A stretch of 4,710 nt of DNA from IMG/VR virus record IMGVR_UViG_2728369185_000005; one strand, given 5' to 3'. Source of the DNA: a virus. Taxonomy: Duplodnaviria > Heunggongvirae > Uroviricota > Caudoviricetes. Shown in pieces: positions 1 to 4,710 of the stretch (position 1 is the first letter of the stretch; each line of letters starts with the position of its first letter). A program made the position numbers and the translations under genes. Below the pieces are notes generated by a model. The model made no database searches and had not been told where the DNA came from. It saw only the letters and a program-made list of their open reading frames with translations.

Positions 1-2
1 TG

Positions 3-740
3 AAGGCGATGTATGCAGCGACGATTGAAAGTGAACTTGATACCGAAAAGGCCTTTGAATATATCGCCGGCGCGCCACAGGAGCAGAAGGATAATCCGCT
101 TATTAATATTCTGGAGAAGTTTTCCAGCTGGTATGACACGAATAACGTGACACTGGGCGGTGTCAAAATTCCGCACCTTTTCCCTGGTGATGATCTGAAA
201 CTACAGACTGCGCAGGATTCAGACAATGGATTTTCTGCGCTTGAACAGGCGCTGCTGCGGTATATCGCCGCCGGTCTTGGCGTTTCCTACGAACAGTTGT
301 CCCGTGNNNNNNNNNNNNNNNNNNNNNNNNNNNNNNNNNNNNNNNNNNNNNNNNNNNNNNNNNNNNNNNNNNNNNNNNNNNNNNNNNNNNNNNNNNNNNN
401 NNNNNNNNNNNNNNNNNNNNNNNNNNNNNNTTTTGATTTTTATCAGGCGCGATCAGCCTGGTCACGGGCAGAGTGGATTGGTGCCGGAAGAATGGCCATT
501 GACGGGCTCAAGGAAGTCCAGGAATCAGTGATGCGCATTGAGGCCGGACTGAGCACGTATGAGAAAGAGCTGGCGCTGATGGGCGAGGATTATCAGGACA
601 TTTTCCGCCAGCAGGTCAGGGAATCTGCAGAGCGGCAAAAAGCCGGACTCTCACGTCCGGTGTGGATAGAGCAGGCGTATCAGCAGCAGATAGCGGAGAG
701 TCGTAGGCCGGAAGAGGAGACAACACCACGTGAGACGTAA
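3..740 (+). CDS. B: Portal protein, C-terminal part (5'-truncated at window edge); frame is open from position 3, first ATG at 9 is not the true start
   Basis: Long ORF open to the window start, immediately upstream of a clear lambda gpC homolog, as in lambda B-C order. C-terminal sequence (…GVSYEQLSR…WIGAGRMAIDGLKE…) resembles lambda-like portal proteins by recall. Stop TAA 738-740. Residues 307-430 are masked (N). Confidence 0.8.
   Translation, partial: KAMYAATIESELDTEKAFEYIAGAPQEQKDNPLINILEKFSSWYDTNNVTLGGVKIPHLFPGDDLKLQTAQDSDNGFSALEQALLRYIAAGLGVSYEQLSRXXXXXXXXXXXXXXXXXXXXXXXXXXXXXXXXXXXXXXXXXXFDFYQARSAWSRAEWIGAGRMAIDGLKEVQESVMRIEAGLSTYEKELALMGEDYQDIFRQQVRESAERQKAGLSRPVWIEQAYQQQIAESRRPEEETTPRET
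307..430. other. Run of 124 undetermined bases (N), masked or unresolved
   Basis: Direct observation. Reading frame of the portal ORF is preserved across the run, so the Ns appear to replace bases 1:1. Confidence 1.
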
Positions 741-2253
741 TCTTTCACACATTATTGCCGCAGCATTCAATGAACCGCTGCTTCTGGAGCCCGCCTATGC
801 GCGGGTTTTCTTTTGCGCGCTGGGGCGCGAGATGGGGGCAGCAAGTCTTTCGGTACCACAACAGCAGGTACAGTTTGATGCTCCCGGAATGCTGGCTGAA
901 ACGGACGAGTACATGGCCGGAGGTAAACGACCGGCCCGTGTTTACCGGGTGGTGAACGGTATTGCTGTACTGCCGGTGACCGGCACGCTGGTGCACCGGC
1001 TGGGTGGTATGCGGCCATTTTCCGGAATGACAGGCTATGACGGCATTGTCGCCTGTCTTCAGCAGGCAATGGCGGATAGCCAGGTGCGGGGCGTACTGCT
1101 GGACATTGACAGTCCGGGCGGGCAGGCCGCCGGCGCGTTTGACTGCGCTGACATGATTTACCGCCTCCGTCAGCAGAAGCCGGTCTGGGCACTGTGCAAT
1201 GACACGGCCTGTTCTGCAGCCATGCTGCTGGCGTCGGCCTGCTCCCGACGGCTGGTTACCCAGACATCCCGTATCGGCTCCATTGGCGTGATGATGAGCC
1301 ATGTCAGCTATGCCGGTCATCTGGCGCAGGCCGGTGTGGATATCACGCNNNNNNNNNNNNNNNNNNNNNNNNNNNNNNNNNNNNNNNNNNNNNNNNNNNN
1401 NNNNNNNNNNNNNNNNNNNNNNNNNNNNNNNNNNNNNNNNNNNNNNNNNNNNNNNNNNNNNNNNNNNNNNNNNNNNNNNNNNNNNNNNNNNNATACCGGT
1501 CTGTCTGTTGATGCCGTCACGGGAACAGAGGCTGCCGTTTTTGAAGGTCAGTCCGGCATTGAGGCCGGGCTGGCGGATGAATTAATCAATGCGTCGGATG
1601 CCATCAGTGTGATGGCCACGGCGCTGAACAGTAATGTCAGAGGAGGCACTATGCCGCAATTAACTGCAACGGAAGCCGCCGTGCAGGAGAACCAGCGAGT
1701 GATGGGGATCCTGACATGCCAGGAAGCGAAAGGACGTGAACAGCTTGCCACGATGCTGGCAGGACAACAGGGCATGAGCGTTGAACAGGCCCGGGCGATT
1801 CTGGCCGCGGCGGCACCGCAGCAGCCGGTGGCATCCACGCAGAGTGAAGCCGATCGCATTATGGTGTGTGAAGAAGCGAACGGTCGTGAACAACTGGCGG
1901 CAACGCTGGCGGCGATGCCGGAGATGACGGTGGAAAAAGCCCGCCCGATCCTGGCTGCTTCACCGCAGGCGGATGCCGGACCATCACTCCGTGATCAGAT
2001 CATGGCACTGGATGAGGCAAAAGGGGCTGAGGCGCAGGCTGAACAGCTGGCTGCCTGCCCGGGAATGACAGTGGAGAGCGCCCGGGCTGTGCTGGCTGCG
2101 GGATCAGGTAAGGCAGAACCGGTCTCTGCATCCACAACCGCCATGTTTGAACATTTCATGGCGAACCATTCACCGGCAGCGGTACAGGGTGGCGTGGCAC
2201 AGACGTCAGCAGACGGTGATGCGGACGTGAAAATGCTCATGGCCATGCCATGA
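730..2253 (+). CDS. C: Head maturation protease / minor capsid protein C (S49 SppA/ClpP-like peptidase) with C-terminal scaffold (Nu3-like) domain
   Basis: 507-aa ORF. N-terminus NLSHIIAAAFNEPLLLEPAYARVFFCAL closely matches lambda gpC NLPHIASMAFNEPLMLEPAYARVFFCAL (recall). Conserved S49 motifs: GIAVLPVTGTL, GMTGY, LDIDSPGG, GAFDCAD, KPVWAL, CSAAMLLASACSRRLVTQTSRIGSIGVMM (presumed catalytic Ser in 'CSA'). GTG start at 730 with GAGGAG (714-719) 10 nt upstream; overlaps B stop by 11 nt. Stop TGA 2251-2253. Positions 1349-1492 masked. Confidence 0.9.
   Translation: MRRNLSHIIAAAFNEPLLLEPAYARVFFCALGREMGAASLSVPQQQVQFDAPGMLAETDEYMAGGKRPARVYRVVNGIAVLPVTGTLVHRLGGMRPFSGMTGYDGIVACLQQAMADSQVRGVLLDIDSPGGQAAGAFDCADMIYRLRQQKPVWALCNDTACSAAMLLASACSRRLVTQTSRIGSIGVMMSHVSYAGHLAQAGVDITXXXXXXXXXXXXXXXXXXXXXXXXXXXXXXXXXXXXXXXXXXXXXXXXXTGLSVDAVTGTEAAVFEGQSGIEAGLADELINASDAISVMATALNSNVRGGTMPQLTATEAAVQENQRVMGILTCQEAKGREQLATMLAGQQGMSVEQARAILAAAAPQQPVASTQSEADRIMVCEEANGREQLAATLAAMPEMTVEKARPILAASPQADAGPSLRDQIMALDEAKGAEAQAEQLAACPGMTVESARAVLAAGSGKAEPVSASTTAMFEHFMANHSPAAVQGGVAQTSADGDADVKMLMAMP
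1349..1492. other. Run of 144 undetermined bases (N) inside the C protease domain
   Basis: Direct observation. Frame preserved. By analogy to lambda gpC this block likely covers the region carrying the catalytic Lys of the Ser-Lys dyad, so the active site cannot be verified from this sequence. Confidence 1.
1651..2253 (+). CDS. nu3: Capsid scaffolding protein (Nu3-like), nested in-frame in the 3' part of C via an internal start
   Basis: In-frame ATG at 1651 preceded by a strong SD AGGAGG (1641-1646). Product starts MPQLTATEAAV…ENQRVMGILTCQEAKGREQ, parallel to lambda Nu3 (MTKETQ…ENSRIMGILNCEEAHGREE, recall). Lambda nu3 is likewise nested in-frame in C. Predicted 200 aa with a triplicated repeat module. 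Confidence 0.6.
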   Translation: MPQLTATEAAVQENQRVMGILTCQEAKGREQLATMLAGQQGMSVEQARAILAAAAPQQPVASTQSEADRIMVCEEANGREQLAATLAAMPEMTVEKARPILAASPQADAGPSLRDQIMALDEAKGAEAQAEQLAACPGMTVESARAVLAAGSGKAEPVSASTTAMFEHFMANHSPAAVQGGVAQTSADGDADVKMLMAMP

Positions 2254-2289
2254 AGTCAGTGCTGACCATCAATAGGAGGTTTTTACAAT

Positions 2290-2637
2290 ATGGTGACGAA
2301 AACCATCACTGAACAGCGTGCGGAAGTACGTATTTTTGCCGGTAATGATCCGGCTCATACCGCCACAGGCAGCAGCGGGATTTCCTCGCCAACACCGGCA
2401 CTGACGCCCCTGATGCTGGATGAAGCCACCGGGAAACTGGTGGTCTGGGACGGACAGAAAGCCGGTAGTGCGGTTGGCATACTGGTACTGCCGCTTGAAG
2501 GCACAGAGACGGCGCTGACGTATTACAAGTCGGGAACCTTTGCGACGGAGGCAATCCACTGGCCTGAAAGTGTGGATGAACACAAAAAGGCCAACGCCTT
2601 TGCTGGCAGTGCCCTGAGTCACGCGGCGCTGCCGTAA
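2290..2637 (+). CDS. D: Head decoration protein (gpD-like)
   Basis: 115-aa ORF; motifs DPAHTAT, TPLMLD, KLVVWDG, AVGIL, YKSGTF, FAGSA match lambda gpD (about 110 aa, recall). SD AGGAGG 2274-2279, 10 nt before ATG 2290. Stop TAA 2635-2637. Confidence 0.92.
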   Translation: MVTKTITEQRAEVRIFAGNDPAHTATGSSGISSPTPALTPLMLDEATGKLVVWDGQKAGSAVGILVLPLEGTETALTYYKSGTFATEAIHWPESVDEHKKANAFAGSALSHAALP

Positions 2638-2644
2638 CACGTTA

Positions 2645-2666
2645 TCAGGCCACCGCGGTGGCCTGA
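2645..2666. repeat. Perfect 22-bp palindrome TCAGGCCACCGCGGTGGCCTGA in the D-E intergenic spacer
   Basis: Checked base by base: 2646-2665 is its own reverse complement and the flanking T/A pair extends it to 22 bp. Could fold as an approximately 9-bp GC-rich stem with a CGCG loop in mRNA. No downstream U-tract. Confidence 0.85.
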
Positions 2667-2694
2667 CTGATTTCTGAATGAAAGGAACTGATTT

Positions 2695-3729
2695 ATGGGA
2701 TTGTTTACGACCCGCCAGTTACTCGGTTATACCGAACAAAAAGTTAAATTTCGTGCGCTGTTTCTGGAGCTGTTTTTCCGCCGTACGGTGAATTTCCATA
2801 CCGAAGAGGTGATGCTGGACAAAATTACCGGAAAAACGCCGGTGGCGGCCTATGTCTCCCCGGTTGTTGAAGGAAAAGTGCTGCGTCATCGTGGTGGTGA
2901 AACCCGCGTGTTGCGTCCGGGCTACGTCAAGCCGAAACACGAATTTAATTACCAGCAGGCGGTTGAGCGCCTTCCTGGTGAAGNNNNNNNNNNATCTCAA
3001 CTGAATGATCCGGCTTACCGCCGTCTGCGTATCATTACCGATAACCTCAAACAGGAAGAGCACGCGATTGTCCAGGTGGAAGAAATGCAGGCGGTAAATG
3101 CTGTGTTGTATGGCAAATACACCATGGAAGGAGACCAGTTCGAGAAAATTGAGGTCGATTTTGGCAGGTCGACGAAGAATAACATCACTCAGGGTAGTGG
3201 TAAGGAGTGGTCAAAACAGGATCGTGACACGTTCGATCCTACACATGATATTGACCTCTACTGCGACCTGGCCAGCGGTCTTGTGAATATTGCCATTATG
3301 GACGGTACCGTCTGGCGTCTTCTGAATGGTTTTAAGCTGTTCCGCGAAAAACTGGATACCCGTCGCGGTTCAAATTCTCAACTCGAAACGGCAGTGAAAG
3401 ATCTGGGCGCAGTGGTGTCCTTCAAGGGGTATTACGGCGATCTGGCCATTGTGGTGGCGAAAACGTCTTATATAGCAGAAGACGGTATCGAAAAACGTTA
3501 TCTTCCAGATGGCATGCTGGTTCTGGGGAATACTGCTGCAGATGGGATCCGTTGTTACGGTGCCATTCAGGATGCTCAGGCGTTGTCCGAAGGTGTGGTG
3601 GCCTCTTCCCGTTATCCGAAACACTGGCTGACGGTAGGGGATCCCGCCCGTGAATTTACCATGACGCAGTCCGCGCCGCTGATGGTGTTGCCGGACCCGG
3701 ATGAGTTTGTGGTGGTACAGGTGAAATAA
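2695..3729 (+). CDS. E: Major capsid protein (gpE-like)
   Basis: 344-aa ORF; N-terminus MGLFTTRQLLGYTEQKVKF…LFLELFF vs lambda gpE MSMYTTAQLLAANEQKFKF…LFLRLFF (recall); many conserved blocks (PGYVKPKHE, DPAYRR, VEEMQAV, KLDTRRGSNS-LETAVKDLG, GDPAREFTM-QSAPLM, DPDEFV). SD AAAGGAA 2681-2687. Stop TAA 3727-3729. 10 N at 2984-2993. Confidence 0.95.
   Translation: MGLFTTRQLLGYTEQKVKFRALFLELFFRRTVNFHTEEVMLDKITGKTPVAAYVSPVVEGKVLRHRGGETRVLRPGYVKPKHEFNYQQAVERLPGEXXXXSQLNDPAYRRLRIITDNLKQEEHAIVQVEEMQAVNAVLYGKYTMEGDQFEKIEVDFGRSTKNNITQGSGKEWSKQDRDTFDPTHDIDLYCDLASGLVNIAIMDGTVWRLLNGFKLFREKLDTRRGSNSQLETAVKDLGAVVSFKGYYGDLAIVVAKTSYIAEDGIEKRYLPDGMLVLGNTAADGIRCYGAIQDAQALSEGVVASSRYPKHWLTVGDPAREFTMTQSAPLMVLPDPDEFVVVQVK
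2984..2993. other. Run of 10 undetermined bases (N) inside E
   Basis: Direct observation; frame preserved. Confidence 1.
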
Positions 3730-3737
3730 TCCGTGAG

Positions 3738-3766
3738 CGGGGGCGAAATGCCCCCGTGTCTTTTTT
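3738..3766 (+). terminator. Intrinsic (rho-independent) terminator-like hairpin immediately after E: stem CGGGGGC/GCCCCCG, loop GAAAT, then TGTCTTTTTTC
   Basis: Seen directly: 7-bp all-G/C stem (3738-3744 pairs with 3750-3756), 5-nt loop, T6 run at 3761-3766, 9 nt after the E stop codon. Confidence 0.7.
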
Positions 3767-3780
3767 CACAGGGGGCTGAT

Positions 3781-4155
3781 ATGGCAACGAAAGAGCAAAA
3801 TCTGAAACGGCTTGATGAACTGGCCCTGATTCTGGGGCGTGAGCCGGATATATCCGGGAGTGCCGCAGAGATAGCGCAGCGGGTGGCAGAATGGGAAGAG
3901 GAAATGCAGTCATCCGGCGATGATGTACAGGTTATGAATATGGATATCCGGGAGCGGGAAACCGCGGCTCATGATGTTCGTGAGGAAACATCCGGCGCGT
4001 TAACGCGCATCAGAGTTCTGACCTGCCTCCATCTCTGTGGCGTTGATGGTGAAACGGGGGAATCCGTTGAGCTTGCGGATGTTGGTCGGGTGATTCTGAT
4101 TATGTCCTCAGATGCAAAAACACACGTTGATGGTGGAATGGCTGTTTATGCGTGA
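3781..4155 (+). CDS. FI: Head-DNA packaging accessory protein FI-like
   Basis: Position after E; N-terminus MATKEQNLKRLDEL… resembles lambda gpFI MTKDELIARLRSL… (recall); acidic central region as in gpFI. SD GGGGG 3771-3775, 5 nt before ATG 3781. The ORF-track start at 3733 would translate through the terminator hairpin and is rejected. Stop TGA 4153-4155. Confidence 0.75.
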   Translation: MATKEQNLKRLDELALILGREPDISGSAAEIAQRVAEWEEEMQSSGDDVQVMNMDIRERETAAHDVREETSGALTRIRVLTCLHLCGVDGETGESVELADVGRVILIMSSDAKTHVDGGMAVYA

Positions 4156-4501
4156 TTTTCAGAATGCCTTTGATGCCGCCCTTGCCGGGGTGGACAGTAC
4201 GATTGTTGAAGTGATGGGCATCAGTGCGCAGTTCACCTCCGGTGCACAGCGTGGCGGCGAGGTTCATGGCGTTTTTGACGATCCGGAGTCGCTGGGTTTT
4301 GCCAGTAGTGGGATCCGTATTGAAGGAAGTAACCCGTCATTATTTGTGCTTACGGATACGGTTTGTGCTGTACGGCGTGGTGACACGCTGACCATTAACG
4401 GCGAGATGTTCTGGGTGGACCGTGTTTCTCCGGATGACGGAGGGAGTTGTTATCTCTGGCTCAACCGGGGGCAACCACCTGCCGCCAGCCGTCGCCGCTG
4501 A
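4148..4501 (+). CDS. FII: Head-tail joining protein FII-like
   Basis: 117 aa from ATG 4148, same length as lambda gpFII. MRDFQNAFDAALA… and C-terminal …RRGDTLTI…FWVDRVSPDDGGSC-LWL-RG-PPA--RRR strongly resemble lambda gpFII (recall). Start overlaps FI stop (ATGCGTGA). GGTGGA 4131-4136 as weak SD. Upstream ATGs at 4112 and 4130 lie inside FI and are less likely. Confidence 0.85.
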   Translation: MRDFQNAFDAALAGVDSTIVEVMGISAQFTSGAQRGGEVHGVFDDPESLGFASSGIRIEGSNPSLFVLTDTVCAVRRGDTLTINGEMFWVDRVSPDDGGSCYLWLNRGQPPAASRRR

Positions 4502-4512
4502 AAGGGGGATGT

Positions 4513-4710
4513 ATGGCCATAAAAGGTCTTGAGCAGGCCGTTGAAAACCTCAGCCGTATCAGCAAAACGGCAGTGCCTGGTGCCGCCGCAATGGCCATTA
4601 ACCGCGTTGCTTCATCCGCGATATCGCAGTCGGCGTCACTGGTTGCCCGTGAGACAAAGGTACGCCGGAAACTGGTAAAGGAAAGGGCCAGGCTGAAAAG
4701 GGCCACGGTC
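4513..4710 (+). CDS. Z: Tail completion protein Z-like, N-terminal part (3'-truncated at window edge)
   Basis: Not in the ORF track because no stop falls within the window. My translation from ATG 4513: MAIKGLEQAVENLSRISKTAVPGAAAMAINRVASSAISQSASLVARETKVRRKLVKERARLKRATV…, which closely matches my recollection of the lambda gpZ N-terminus. SD GGGGGA 4504-4509; 11 nt after FII stop. Confidence 0.8.
   Translation, partial: MAIKGLEQAVENLSRISKTAVPGAAAMAINRVASSAISQSASLVARETKVRRKLVKERARLKRATV

Noticed and set aside
163-531. ORFs 163..465 (-) and 226..531 (+) overlapping the portal gene
   Set aside because: Largely composed of X from the N block and out of frame with the conserved portal reading frame; artefacts of the masked run.
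755-1585. + strand alternate-frame ORFs 755..955 and 1301..1585
   Set aside because: Out-of-frame overlaps within C; the second is mostly masked N; no independent support.
1696-2140. Tandem repeats in the C 3' region as a possible CRISPR array or VNTR
   Set aside because: The period is about 141-159 nt, the copies are diverged and in-frame coding, and there are no short identical direct repeats with unique spacers. It is a protein-level domain repeat, not a CRISPR or satellite.
745-2246. Multiple minus-strand ORFs (745..1320, 767..1192, 1548..1859, 1649..1834, 1660..1893, 1995..2246) antisense to C/nu3
   Set aside because: They lie wholly inside a well-supported conserved coding gene in a GC-rich stretch where long antisense open frames arise by chance. 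Their translations are low-complexity (Arg/Pro/Ala/Cys-rich), no convincing SD precedes them, and they would oppose the unidirectional late operon.
2269-2640. Minus-strand ORFs 2269..2640 and 2306..2554 antisense to D
   Set aside because: Fully overlapped by the gpD-like gene on the + strand; Cys/Arg-rich translations with no recognisable domain; typical antisense shadow ORFs.
2719-3624. Minus-strand ORFs 2719..3063 and 3370..3624, and + strand alternate-frame ORF 3098..3286, inside E
   Set aside because: Embedded in the major capsid protein gene, whose frame is strongly supported by homology; no start signals; one spans an N block.
3733-3780. Upstream start for FI at 3733 (ORF-track start, MSGGEMPPCLFSQGAD…)
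   Set aside because: This extension would be translated from inside the terminator hairpin and has no SD. The ATG at 3781 has a GGGGG SD at proper spacing and matches the lambda FI N-terminus.
3656-3913. Minus-strand ORF 3656..3913 spanning the E-FI junction
   Set aside because: Antisense across the end of E, the terminator and the FI start; Pro/Ala/Ser-rich translation; no SD; inconsistent with operon polarity.
4112-4147. Upstream starts for FII at 4112 or 4130
   Set aside because: Both lie within the FI coding sequence; the extension (MQKHTLMVEWLF) has no counterpart in gpFII, whereas starting at 4148 gives exactly the lambda gpFII length (117 aa) and a matching N-terminus.
4461-4706. Minus-strand ORF 4461..4706 antisense to Z
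   Set aside because: Overlaps the strongly supported gpZ-like N-terminus on the + strand; chance open frame.
1-4710. Hidden accessory, defence or moron cargo within the head module
   Set aside because: All intergenic spacers are 57 nt or shorter and every sizeable + strand ORF maps to a canonical lambda head gene in canonical order, so there is no unaccounted coding capacity in this window.

Overview
This window is a contiguous, single-strand (+) block of a lambda-like (lambdoid) phage or prophage head-morphogenesis module, in canonical lambda order: portal B (3' part) – C (S49-type head protease with a nested Nu3-like scaffold) – D (decoration protein) – E (major capsid protein) – FI – FII – Z (5' part). 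Assignments rest on my own reading of the translated ORFs against the lambda proteins as I recall them; no database search was run. Genes are tightly packed with short or overlapping junctions and recognisable Shine-Dalgarno motifs. Three runs of N (307-430, 1349-1492, 2984-2993) mask sequence inside B, C and E without breaking frame. I see no room for accessory cargo and no evidence of a novel system. The most unusual points are a triplicated repeat module in the Nu3-like C-terminus of C with its own internal start, a strong intrinsic-terminator-like hairpin between E and FI, and a perfect 22-bp palindrome between D and E.
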